A DNA stretch of 64,000 bases, taken from contig CAVEBU010000003.1 in the NCBI GenBank assembly GCA_963614045.1, positions 986-64,985 of the forward strand, written 5' to 3'. The position numbers and the translations under genes were made by a program. Of this stretch, positions 29,551 to 39,053 are shown in pieces. Under the pieces are notes generated by a model. The model had not been told where the DNA came from and ran no database searches. It was given only the letters and a program-made list of their open reading frames with translations. Within the stretch, counting starts at the first letter, position 1, and each line of letters begins with the position of its first letter. Origin of the DNA: Alistipes finegoldii. Lineage in GTDB: Bacteria; Bacillota; Clostridia; Christensenellales; UBA1242.

Positions 29551-30090
29551 CTACTCTACCTCCTCAAAGAAGAAATGTTTATTTGTGTAAATACAATAGT
29601 CGCCCGCAATGTCTAGCGCCTTTTCAACAATGGCACGAGCAGATAACTTCGTGTTGTCATACAAAGCACGCACCGCTCCTAACGCATAGTGACTACCTGA
29701 ACCGACCGAAGTAAAATCTTCACTCGGACGACATACCATACCATCACCCATAAAGACAAACATATCATTTTTGTCCGCAATAACCATCATCACTTCCAAA
29801 TTTGGATGCATGGCATTTGCATTTTGCCAATTATTTGAAATTTCGACCAACGCACGTTGTAAATTCCCCGAATACTTATTAAGGTTTTCCTCCAAAAGTC
29901 GTATAACCGCCAAATTATGACTAACCGTTCCTGCCATACCAACGATTACTTGGTCATTATAAATTCTGTGTAATTTCTTGACACCATCTTTAAATACCAT
30001 TGTATCCAAAGTAGCCTGACTATCCGCACCGATAACAGTTTTACCGTTACGACGACAAGCCACTATTGTTGTTCCTTTCATACTAATCAT
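29551..30090 (-). CDS. hslV: ATP-dependent protease subunit HslV
   Basis: N-terminal ...KGTTIVACRRNGK..., Ntn-hydrolase type. ATGA overlap with the trmFO stop. Confidence 0.9.
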   Translation of the reverse strand: MISMKGTTIVACRRNGKTVIGADSQATLDTMVFKDGVKKLHRIYNDQVIVGMAGTVSHNLAVIRLLEENLNKYSGNLQRALVEISNNWQNANAMHPNLEVMMVIADKNDMFVFMGDGMVCRPSEDFTSVGSGSHYALGAVRALYDNTKLSARAIVEKALDIAGDYCIYTNKHFFFEEVE

Positions 30091-31349
30091 ATATTATCAC
30101 TCTCCTTTAGCGAATCTATTTTTGTTAGCGAACGCTCAACAAGACATTTCTTTTTATCTTTTTTGGGCGCATCAATAGGCTTTAGCAACCCCCAATTTAT
30201 ATGCATCGGCTGAAAATTACTAATACTTCCACACATTAAATAATTCTGCAAAGCACCCAAGCATGTTTCAGTCCCAAAATCTACTAAATCAAGGTTGCTG
30301 ATATATTTTATCATATTTATTCCACAAAGTAAACCACTTGCGATAGATTCGATATAACCTTCCACCCCACTTATTTGCCCAGCAAAGAAAATATTAGGTT
30401 TGCTTTTTAACTGAAAAAACTTATTAAGATACTTCGGTGCGTTAAGATAAGTGTTCCTATGCATTACCCCATATCGTAGCCACTCGGCGTGCTTTAGCGC
30501 TGGAATTAGCGAAAAAGTCTTTCTTTGTGCTTCGTAAGTAAGGTTCGTTTGGAATCCAACGAGATTGAACATTGTGCCTTCCACATTTTCTTTTCGCAAC
30601 TGCACAACCGCAAAAGCTGAATCTTCTCGTGAAGGTTTTAACGGTCCGCAACGCATTACATCAAATCCCCGCTTTGCCATAATTTCAATCGGCAAACACG
30701 ATTCAAAATTGATTTCTTTCTCAAAATCGTGGAGTTCTACCCGCTCAGCCAACCGCAAAGCGTTCCAAAAAATCTCATACTCCTCTTTTGTCATTGGGCA
30801 GTTTACATAGCCTTCATCAGCTGAACACGTACAGCTATAGTCGATACTTTCCCCACTAACAATAGGCGCAACAGCATCGTAAAAATAGAGTTTTTCGCCG
30901 ATTAGTGTTGACAAAAAATCTGTCAGCCCGTCCGAACAAAGTGGACCTGTCGCAACTATAATAGGCGAATTTGTATCAAAATCTACTACTTCGTCGTGGA
31001 TCACATTAATTAAGGGGTTTGAGTTGATTTTTTCTGTAATTAACGCACTAAATCGCTCTCTATCCACTGTCAGCGCAGTTGTAGACGGCAATTTCACTTC
31101 ATCCGCACACTTAAGTAATTCGCTATCAAGTTTGCGCATTTCCGCTTTTAATAACCCCGTCGCAAATTCAAGCGTATCCGATTTTAGTGAATTAGAACAA
31201 ACCAACTCAGCAAAATTTGGATTATGGTGTGCTGGGGAGAATTTTACGGGCTTCATTTCGTATAAATCAACTTCAATTCCCGCTTTTGCTAAAGTTAGCG
31301 ACGCTTCACACCCCGCCAAACCGCCACCGATAACTGTAACCTTTTTCAA
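30087..31349 (-). CDS. trmFO: Methylenetetrahydrofolate--tRNA-(uracil-5-)-methyltransferase TrmFO
   Basis: FAD motif VIGGGLAGCEA; synteny topA-trmFO-hslVU. Confidence 0.9.
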   Translation of the reverse strand: MKKVTVIGGGLAGCEASLTLAKAGIEVDLYEMKPVKFSPAHHNPNFAELVCSNSLKSDTLEFATGLLKAEMRKLDSELLKCADEVKLPSTTALTVDRERFSALITEKINSNPLINVIHDEVVDFDTNSPIIVATGPLCSDGLTDFLSTLIGEKLYFYDAVAPIVSGESIDYSCTCSADEGYVNCPMTKEEYEIFWNALRLAERVELHDFEKEINFESCLPIEIMAKRGFDVMRCGPLKPSREDSAFAVVQLRKENVEGTMFNLVGFQTNLTYEAQRKTFSLIPALKHAEWLRYGVMHRNTYLNAPKYLNKFFQLKSKPNIFFAGQISGVEGYIESIASGLLCGINMIKYISNLDLVDFGTETCLGALQNYLMCGSISNFQPMHINWGLLKPIDAPKKDKKKCLVERSLTKIDSLKESDNI

Positions 31350-31351
31350 AC

Positions 31352-33811
31352 TTAATTCTCCATTTTGTTTTTATTTGTTTCATCTGGCCCGCCGTTTTGC
31401 TGTACTAAAGGCTTAATGTTTTTGCAATTAGGATAATTCCCGCACGCCAAAAACTTCCCAAATTTCCCCACTCGCTCCACCATTTTGCCACCACATTTAT
31501 CGCAAATCACATCTGTCGGAACAGGAGCGGATTTTTGTTTATTATTCTTGATATAATTACAATTAGGATAATTGCTACAAGCGACAAACTTACCGAACTT
31601 ACCCGTCTTTACAACCAAAATACCGCCACATTGTGGACAAGTATCGCTATCACTAATTTTGCTCTCGGGTTTTGCTTCAACTTCGCCATTTGGTCCAATA
31701 TTTAAGGTATTTTTACATTCAGGATAATTGCTACATGCCAGGAATTTCCCGAATTTGCTCGTCCGCTCTATCATTTTGTGTCCACATTTTTCGCAAACAA
31801 TGTCTGTTTCTTTTTTCTCGGAATTTTCGCCAATGTTTTTGGTATATGTGCAAGTTGGGTAATTGCTACAAGATAAGAATTTGCCGTATTTACCCGTCCG
31901 AGTCACCAATTTTGAACCACAGTTTGGGCAAACTTCGTTCGTTTCGATAGCGGAAGAATCTTCCTCGCCCTCGATATTTTTGATATTTTTACATTTAGGG
32001 TAATTACTACAGCACATAAATCTACCATATCTGCCCGTACGAATTATCATCTTGCTACCACATTTATCACAAATCTCATCCGTTTCCTCAATATGTGATT
32101 TTATCGCCTCGCCAGCCTCAGCCATTTCCTTACTAAAATCTTCGTAAAATAGCGCCAAAACCTTATGCCAATCTTTGTTGCCGTCGGCGATTTCGTCCAG
32201 GTCGGACTCCATTTCAGCAGTAAAGCCCACATCCATTATATCAGGAAAATGCTGAACCAACAAATCAGTTACAGAACACCCAAGTTCTGTAGGTCGAATG
32301 TACTTACCCTCGTTTTCCACATATTTCCTATTAAATAATACCGTAATCGTCGGGGTATAAGTTGCAGGACGACCGATTCCCTTTTCCTCCATAGCCTTAA
32401 CCAAACTTGCTTCTGTGTATCTTGCGGGAGGCTTGGTAAACTTCTGCTCAGTTTTAAGGTCGAGCAAGTCCACAATTTCGCCTTCCGTTAATTCGGGGAT
32501 ATGCGCTTGAGTTGTTTCGTCATCTTTTTCCTTATCTTTTGGGACATACTCCTGATAAAGTGCGGTAAAACCGTCAAAAATAGGAGTGCGTCCTGTTGCT
32601 CTAAACGTATAATCTTTAACAGCAATATCCACTGAAACCGAATTATAAGTAGCATCACTCATTTGACTTGCCAAAAATCTCTCATAAATTAGTTTATATA
32701 ATTTGTACTGATCGTCAGGCAAACTTGACCTAACACTCTCGGGAGTAATGTCTATATATATAGGACGAATCGCCTCGTGGGCGTCTTGAGCAGATTTTTT
32801 GGACTTGTAAATATTGGGAGTAGCGGGATAATACTTCTCACCATATTTAGATAAAATATAATTTTTCGCCATTTGCTGTGCTTCGGGCGAAACACGAACG
32901 GAGTCAGTACGGATATAGGTAATCAATGCCGTCTTACCTCTATCCACTAACTCTACACCTTCATACAAATTCTGTGCTGCCATAGTTGTACGCTTTAATG
33001 TCATTCCCATTTTGTTTAGTGCATCTTGTTGCATACTACTCGTAATGTAAGGTGCAGGCGGGTGCGATTTGGTCACACTTTTCTTAATTCCTGCAATACG
33101 CCACTGCTGACCATTTATATCTGCCAAGAAATCATCTTTACCTTGCGCACTTGTAATTTTAATCTTTTTGTCGCCCTTGTTTAGAAGGGTAGCCTTAAAA
33201 GACTTGGAATTTTCATCAAGTTTCGAAAGCAACGCATTAATGGACCACCATTCTTCAGGTTTAAAATGAATAATCTCCCGTTCACGTTCCACTACTAACT
33301 TCAAAGTTACTGACTGCACACGCCCTGCACTTAATTTCGGCTGAATTTTACGACACAAAATCGGCGAAAGCTTATAACCCACAATTCTATCCAGAATCCT
33401 ACGGGTTTGCTGTGCGTCAACAAGCCTCAAATCAATAGCTCGAGGCTCTTTTATAGCTTTTTGCACCGCATTTTTGGATATTTCGTTGAATTCTATACGA
33501 ATATTGTCCTGTGGGTTCAGTTTTAATACATTAGCAACATGCCACGAAATCGCCTCACCCTCTCTATCAGGGTCAGTTGCGAGCAAAATTTGATCCGCTT
33601 TACTGGCGACCCCTTCCAAAGATTTTATAACATCTTGTTTATCTGGTAAAATCTCATATTTAGGCGCAAAATTATTCTTAATATCCACACCCAAACCATG
33701 AATTGGCAAATCTCTCACGTGACCCTTGGTAGCGAAAACTTCATACCCGTCACCCAAATATTTTTTGATAGTTGCTCTTTTACCAGGACCTTCTATAACA
33801 ACTAATTTCAT
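31352..33811 (-). CDS. topA: DNA topoisomerase I with five C-terminal C4 zinc ribbons
   Basis: Toprim (KLVVIEGPGK, DPDREGE) and active-site ITYIRTDS. Five repeats of C-x2-C...CSNYP-x-C. Start moved to ATG 33811 behind GGAGGAA. Confidence 0.95.
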   Translation of the reverse strand: MKLVVIEGPGKRATIKKYLGDGYEVFATKGHVRDLPIHGLGVDIKNNFAPKYEILPDKQDVIKSLEGVASKADQILLATDPDREGEAISWHVANVLKLNPQDNIRIEFNEISKNAVQKAIKEPRAIDLRLVDAQQTRRILDRIVGYKLSPILCRKIQPKLSAGRVQSVTLKLVVEREREIIHFKPEEWWSINALLSKLDENSKSFKATLLNKGDKKIKITSAQGKDDFLADINGQQWRIAGIKKSVTKSHPPAPYITSSMQQDALNKMGMTLKRTTMAAQNLYEGVELVDRGKTALITYIRTDSVRVSPEAQQMAKNYILSKYGEKYYPATPNIYKSKKSAQDAHEAIRPIYIDITPESVRSSLPDDQYKLYKLIYERFLASQMSDATYNSVSVDIAVKDYTFRATGRTPIFDGFTALYQEYVPKDKEKDDETTQAHIPELTEGEIVDLLDLKTEQKFTKPPARYTEASLVKAMEEKGIGRPATYTPTITVLFNRKYVENEGKYIRPTELGCSVTDLLVQHFPDIMDVGFTAEMESDLDEIADGNKDWHKVLALFYEDFSKEMAEAGEAIKSHIEETDEICDKCGSKMIIRTGRYGRFMCCSNYPKCKNIKNIEGEEDSSAIETNEVCPNCGSKLVTRTGKYGKFLSCSNYPTCTYTKNIGENSEKKETDIVCEKCGHKMIERTSKFGKFLACSNYPECKNTLNIGPNGEVEAKPESKISDSDTCPQCGGILVVKTGKFGKFVACSNYPNCNYIKNNKQKSAPVPTDVICDKCGGKMVERVGKFGKFLACGNYPNCKNIKPLVQQNGGPDETNKNKMEN

Positions 33812-33908
33812 ATTTCCTCCTAACTCCAGGTTATTTTGCAATCCACTTAAGAATCACAAAGCCAAAAAAGAGGAAAACAAGCGGTGTTAAAATACTACTA
33901 AACATAAT

Positions 33909-35042
33909 TCACTCTTTTCTTACATAAAAATTACCTGGTAGCTTCTTAATTAAACCACGAATTTCCATCATTGTCAACAATCCAAGCAACTTTTTAGTAT
34001 TAAAATCCAAAATTTTTGCAATATCGTCAAAATGTGTGTCCTCATTTTCGAGAATTTCTAGAATTTGTGCTTCTTCATCTTTTAAGTTAACAGTGCGTTC
34101 AGCACGACTAACAGGGCGCTGATTTTGATTAATTATTTCACGATAAATCAAATCAGCATTCAACTTATTGATAACTTCACTAGGTTCAGTCACACAGATT
34201 GCAGAAAAACTTTTTATTATGTCATTCGTGCCAGCACTCGCCGCACTATTACAATTGCCTGGAAGTGCAAAAATCTCTTTGGATAAATCTATTGCAAAAT
34301 TAATCGTGTGCAAAGAACCGCTTTCTCTACGAGCTTCAGTAGCCAAAACACCCTCACTAATTCCCGCAACCAATCTATTACGACGCAAAAATGCTACCCC
34401 GTTTGGTTCATAATCGGGATGGAATTCGGTCATTATAAGCCCACCAGACTTGACAATATCACGAGCAAGATTCGTGTTAATTGACGGATAAATCGAATTT
34501 AGTCCGTTTGCAACAACACCAATTGTCTTGCCGTTATGCTTTAGCGCTGTTTCGTGAGCAACAGTGTCAATTCCTTCAGAAAGTCCACTAACTATCGTAA
34601 ACCCACTATTGCATAATTCACGAGTAAACCTTTCAGTTTGATCTCGCCCATATCTAGTACATACCCTAGAACCGATAATTGCAACATTTCTGCCATCAAT
34701 CAAGCTCAAATCTCCCACATAGTAAATCACCAATGGCGGATATTCTAAGTCCTGCAATTTTTTGGGATAACCCTCTTGATGCATACAAACATATTTAATT
34801 TTTGAATTGTTTTCTAGCCCATTAATAACTTTATCCAGTGTCCCATTAACCCTAGCAACCATCAGTTCGTGAAACTCAGCACCAGACAAAATCTCAGTAA
34901 TTTCGCCCTCGTACTTCTCTGTCGCCCACAAATCTTCTAAATTTTCGTAAGCCTCCAAAATTTCATAAAGCGTGGAAAACTCAAGTTCACACATAGATAA
35001 CCATATAAAAATCTTATCTAACTTTTCCATATTTACATCCAA
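33909..35042 (-). CDS. dprA: DNA processing protein DprA (Smf)
   Basis: Rossmann core (VAIIGSR..., SGLSEGIDTVAHE) and a C-terminal winged-helix-like end; located upstream of topA. Confidence 0.9.
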   Translation of the reverse strand: MDVNMEKLDKIFIWLSMCELEFSTLYEILEAYENLEDLWATEKYEGEITEILSGAEFHELMVARVNGTLDKVINGLENNSKIKYVCMHQEGYPKKLQDLEYPPLVIYYVGDLSLIDGRNVAIIGSRVCTRYGRDQTERFTRELCNSGFTIVSGLSEGIDTVAHETALKHNGKTIGVVANGLNSIYPSINTNLARDIVKSGGLIMTEFHPDYEPNGVAFLRRNRLVAGISEGVLATEARRESGSLHTINFAIDLSKEIFALPGNCNSAASAGTNDIIKSFSAICVTEPSEVINKLNADLIYREIINQNQRPVSRAERTVNLKDEEAQILEILENEDTHFDDIAKILDFNTKKLLGLLTMMEIRGLIKKLPGNFYVRKE

Positions 35043-36568
35043 TATTTTTTATCTAACGAACGATAACCTATCGCTTCTGCGACATGCGTCATTCCAATAT
35101 TTTGACTGCCGTCAAGGTCCGCAATAGTTCTTGCAACCTTCAAAATTCTATTGTAAGCACGAGCTGATAAATTCAGTTTGTCAAAAGCGTCTTTTATTAA
35201 CTGCTCACTTTCAGCATCTAGTTTACAATATTTGTTTACTTGGTGTGAACTCATCTTTGCGTTGCATTTTGTATGCGTTCCCTTGAATCTCTCCAGTTGA
35301 ATACGGCGAGCGTCATTTACTCTTGCACGAATATCAGCGCTCTTTTCCTCAAGTTTGTCAGTAACTTTTAAGTCCTCAAAAGATACCCCGTCAACCTCAA
35401 TATGCAAGTCAATTCTGTCCATAAGCGGACCACTCATTTTTTCTAAATACTTATGAATTTGCGATGGCGAACAACGACATTGTTTGGTTTTACTGCCGTA
35501 ATTACCGCAAGGACATGGATTCATACTAGCAAGCAACATAAATTGCGCTGGGTACTCAATCGTGTTGTTTACACGAGCAACGGTAATTGTGCCGTCCTCA
35601 AGTGGTTGACGCAACGTTTCCAAAGTTTTACGGTTGTACTCAGGTAACTCATCTAAGAATAGCACACCATTATGCGCCATACTAATTTCACCAGGTTTTG
35701 CCTTTGCTCCACCACCCGTAAGTGTTATTGCTGTCGTGGTGTGGTGTGGCGAACGGAAGGGTCTACGCCAAACGATACCTTCGCTTGGGTCAAGAATTCC
35801 TGAAATACTGTGAATCTTGGTTACTTCCAGTGCTTCTTCAAAAGTCATTGCAGGCAAAATTGTAGGCATACACCTAGCAAGCATAGTCTTACCAGCGCCA
35901 GGAGGCCCAATCATCATCAAGTTATGTCCACCCGCTGCAGCGATTTCCATAGCACGTTTCGCAGTCGTTTGCCCACGAACATAACACATATCGTTCTGCT
36001 CCATTTCGGGCAACTGCAAATCAAAGAAATTGCGGTGAGCGATCGGGTTTTGCATTATTGTACCACACAAATGATACACAACATCAGCCAACGTTCTTGC
36101 AGGATAAATTTCTACCCCGTCAATAAAACTCGCTTCAACCGCATTTTCAGCGGGAATAAATACTTTTTTGTGTCCCAACGACCTTGCCGCAATCAATAGT
36201 GGCAACACACCTTGCGCACGTCTAACAGAACCATCAAGACCTAATTCCCCTACAAACGCATAATCTTTTATATCAGGGCAAACAATCTCCCCCGTACAAA
36301 TCATTAAAGCAATCGCTATCGGTAAGTCGTAAATAGGTCCCTCTTTCTTGGTATCCGCAGGGGCAAGGTTTACAGTAAGTTTTAACATAGGGAACTTAAA
36401 TAACGAATTTTTAATTGCGCTACGAATTCTCTCCTTACTTTCTTTTATTGCGGTATCAGGTAATCCTACGATGTCAAATTTGGGCAAACCATTATTCAAG
36501 TCCGCCTCAACAACTAAATCAAATCCCTCAATTCCAGTTAATCCGAGGGTCTTTACTTTTGCTAACAT
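35033..36568 (-). CDS. comM: YifB/ComM family Mg-chelatase-like AAA+ ATPase
   Basis: Lon-like N-domain, Walker A GPPGAGKTMLA and a ChlI-like C-terminus. Start moved to ATG 36568 (MLAKVKTLGL) behind GGGAGAAAAG. Confidence 0.9.
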   Translation of the reverse strand: MLAKVKTLGLTGIEGFDLVVEADLNNGLPKFDIVGLPDTAIKESKERIRSAIKNSLFKFPMLKLTVNLAPADTKKEGPIYDLPIAIALMICTGEIVCPDIKDYAFVGELGLDGSVRRAQGVLPLLIAARSLGHKKVFIPAENAVEASFIDGVEIYPARTLADVVYHLCGTIMQNPIAHRNFFDLQLPEMEQNDMCYVRGQTTAKRAMEIAAAGGHNLMMIGPPGAGKTMLARCMPTILPAMTFEEALEVTKIHSISGILDPSEGIVWRRPFRSPHHTTTAITLTGGGAKAKPGEISMAHNGVLFLDELPEYNRKTLETLRQPLEDGTITVARVNNTIEYPAQFMLLASMNPCPCGNYGSKTKQCRCSPSQIHKYLEKMSGPLMDRIDLHIEVDGVSFEDLKVTDKLEEKSADIRARVNDARRIQLERFKGTHTKCNAKMSSHQVNKYCKLDAESEQLIKDAFDKLNLSARAYNRILKVARTIADLDGSQNIGMTHVAEAIGYRSLDKKYWM

Positions 36569-36768
36569 ATCTTTTCTCCCTTGTAGTTTATAGTTATAGT
36601 TTAGCACAAATTTTAAAAATTTCAACCCCAATTTGTAAAAAACTGTAAAAATTGCCTAAATTTTTTGATTTTTTTTGATATTTTTAGTAAAATTTGCATT
36701 TTCTACTTGACTTTTGCATAATTTTGTGGCAAGATTAATTTACTATATTGTGCCAAGGTGGTGAGAAA

Positions 36769-36945
36769 ATGACAATGATCGTTGTAGGCAAGGACGAATC
36801 TTTGGACAGCGCATTAAAGAGATTTAAGCGTAAATGTCAAAAGGACGGAATTATTGGTGACTTGCGCAAACATGAAGCATACGAGAAGCCTAGCGTTAAA
36901 CGTAAGAAGAAAAGCGAAGCAGCTCGTAAACGCAACAGAAAGTAA
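36769..36945 (+). CDS. rpsU: 30S ribosomal protein S21
   Basis: [27 protein letters not shown]...; ATG 36769 behind AAGGTGGTGAG (the track start is an upstream TTG). Confidence 0.9.
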   Translation: MTMIVVGKDESLDSALKRFKRKCQKDGIIGDLRKHEAYEKPSVKRKKKSEAARKRNRK

Positions 36946-36967
36946 TTTCTGTGTAAAAAAATAAAGT

Positions 36968-37003
36968 GAATTGAAGTTTTTCAGTTCGCTTTTTCTTTTT
37001 TTT
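36968..37003 (+). terminator. Intrinsic terminator after rpsU
   Basis: GAATTGAA-GTTT-TTCAGTTC followed by GCTTTTTCTTTTTTTT. Confidence 0.5.
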
Positions 37004-37070
37004 ACCATTATAAAAATCAAATCCCCTTATCCTTACATTAATACAAAAAATTGCCCCGAAGGACAATTTT

Positions 37071-38630
37071 TTATATTGACAATAATTTTATTAAACTTTC
37101 TTTGTCGATTGCGGTTAGGAATAAGTATAATCTAGGACCTTTGCTTTTGCCTAATAACAAGTTATAAACAATTTCAAAGAAACGCCTTTGTCTAGTTTTA
37201 TCTGGTTCGCCGTTGATTTTTGGAATATCGTATAGAAGTGTCTGCATTTCTTCTTGCGTTAAGTCCTTTGACTTGATTTCGGCAACTAATTTCTTAACCC
37301 AACCACGCTCTTCATCGTTTAGCGAATTAGCAAATTCAGTGTTTACTTCGTCCAGTAACTTGCTAATTGACTCAGGGCAATAATTTTGTAGCCAGAAACT
37401 TATACGATTAAATCTGTCTTCAATTTGCTCACGTGTGCAAGTGTCACCCATTTTGTTGAGCAATTCCACTAGCATATCGAGGTCAAAATTGACAATTGGT
37501 GCAAATGCAGAGATATTTTGTGCGCTAACAGGACAGTTTTCATAGTCTTCACCACGACAAGATAGCGCCATCTCCATAATGCGCTTAACCACCTCATCAG
37601 CCTCGCCCGACTTATACTGAGCATACATCCTGTCAAACTCGTGATAAGTACGCAAGACATCTTCATCTAGCGAAATGTCAAAGCATTTTTCGGGCAAGAA
37701 TCTAGTGTATAACCACAAAATAATTTCTGGAGGAAACACCTTGAGCATTTTTGCGGGAGTCATAACATTACCCTTACTACTACTCATTTTGCCATTTGTT
37801 CCCTTAATACCTACAAACTCGTAACCACGATAAAGGGGCGGTTTCCCGTTAAAAATTGGCCCAACGACCGCACTTGCAACTTGGAAACTTCCACCCTCAG
37901 TGCTGTGGTCTTTGCCACCAGGTTCAAAGTCAAAATGCTCTTTTGCCCAACGCATAGGCCAGTCCACTTTCCACACAAGTTTAGCATTATGCTGAGTACG
38001 TAAGTCAATCGCACCCTTGTAACCACATTTACACTCAAAATCTAGCACAGCGCCATTTTCCCTATCGCCCAAAACAGTAGTTGTGTGCTTATGACACTCT
38101 GGACAATAGATTTGCACAGGATAATAATGCTCCCTATCGTCTAAATTCTCATCTTGAGTTTTAAAACTCATAATAATGTCATAAATTTGCTTGCGCTTCT
38201 GCACTGCAGTAATCATACTATCACTATAGTACCCACTCAAATAGCGCTCTGTTTGGTCAATATGCTCTACCTTCACTCCCAACTCTTTTAGCGAATCAAC
38301 AAAGGGTTGCTCGAAATGTTCTGCCCAACTTTTATGACAACCATGTGGGTCAGGAATTTGTGTAAGGGCGCATTTGACATACTTAACATACTCCTGGTCT
38401 TGATCTAATGGAACTTTGCGCAAGCCGTCGTAATTGTCCCACACAAATACGAAACGAGTCTTTTTGCCTTTATCTTGCAAAGCTTTCACCACAAACCAAC
38501 TCGTAATAACCTCTCGCAAGTTGCCCATATGAACCTCGCCACTAGGACTAATTCCACTAGCGCAGGTGTAAACCTCGGCATCAGGATTTTGTGCTATGAC
38601 TTGCTCAGCAATTTCATCTGCCCAATACAT
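37071..38630 (-). CDS. lysK: Lysine--tRNA ligase, class I type
   Basis: Rossmann class I motifs: SPSGEVHMGNLREV (HIGH-like) and KMSSSKG (KMSKS). WKVDWPMRW and FEPGGKDH blocks as in archaeal/spirochaetal LysK. Confidence 0.85.
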   Translation of the reverse strand: MYWADEIAEQVIAQNPDAEVYTCASGISPSGEVHMGNLREVITSWFVVKALQDKGKKTRFVFVWDNYDGLRKVPLDQDQEYVKYVKCALTQIPDPHGCHKSWAEHFEQPFVDSLKELGVKVEHIDQTERYLSGYYSDSMITAVQKRKQIYDIIMSFKTQDENLDDREHYYPVQIYCPECHKHTTTVLGDRENGAVLDFECKCGYKGAIDLRTQHNAKLVWKVDWPMRWAKEHFDFEPGGKDHSTEGGSFQVASAVVGPIFNGKPPLYRGYEFVGIKGTNGKMSSSKGNVMTPAKMLKVFPPEIILWLYTRFLPEKCFDISLDEDVLRTYHEFDRMYAQYKSGEADEVVKRIMEMALSCRGEDYENCPVSAQNISAFAPIVNFDLDMLVELLNKMGDTCTREQIEDRFNRISFWLQNYCPESISKLLDEVNTEFANSLNDEERGWVKKLVAEIKSKDLTQEEMQTLLYDIPKINGEPDKTRQRRFFEIVYNLLLGKSKGPRLYLFLTAIDKESLIKLLSI

Positions 38631-38733
38631 AATAATATCTCCTTAAATAAAATATGATACTATTTTATAACAATTTTCAAAATAAGTCAAGTCTTAAAGA
38701 TAGGAAAAAATCTAATTAATTTATAAAATCTGG

Positions 38734-38762
38734 TTGCCAAAATCAGCAAATTGTGTTAGCAT
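38734..38762 (+). promoter_or_regulatory. Candidate promoter TTGCCA-17-TAGCAT for the small membrane gene and dnaB
   Basis: Hexamers read by eye; the -10 is weak. Confidence 0.3.
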
Positions 38763-38792
38763 TATCATAGTTAGTATAACTAAGGAGTAAAA

Positions 38793-39053
38793 ATGACCAG
38801 AAACGATTTAATCAAAGTTATGAAAACTATGATACTTTCAATGGCTTGCGCACTACCAATCGTGCTAGTTATCAGCCTTTTGTTAGCGAATAAATTGTCT
38901 AGCGTGGCAATTGTATTTTTGGATTCCGCTTTGCTTATTTCTGCAGGCGTTTTGGGTTACTTCATAAAAAATGCAAATGAACAGCGTATCAAGAGGAAGC
39001 GTGCAGAATTCTTGAAAAATCAGAAATCACAACAAAAAGAAGGTGAGAAATAA
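38793..39053 (+). CDS. Small two-TM membrane protein, translationally coupled to dnaB
   Basis: 86 aa with two hydrophobic helices and a K/R/Q-rich tail. AAGGAG RBS. The stop overlaps the dnaB start (TAATG). Confidence 0.5.
   Translation: MTRNDLIKVMKTMILSMACALPIVLVISLLLANKLSSVAIVFLDSALLISAGVLGYFIKNANEQRIKRKRAEFLKNQKSQQKEGEK

Noticed and set aside
31400-32050. Periodic ~130-150-bp pattern with recurring TGTGG/ACATTT motifs
   Set aside because: It corresponds to five in-frame C4 zinc-ribbon modules at the C-terminus of TopA. This is protein-domain repetition, not a DNA-level repeat or CRISPR.
38631-38792. T-box or other riboswitch leaders upstream of lysK, and upstream of hisS (28178-28193)
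   Set aside because: The gaps are too short (about 160 bp shared with a divergent promoter, and 16 bp respectively) and lack specifier/T-box sequence features.
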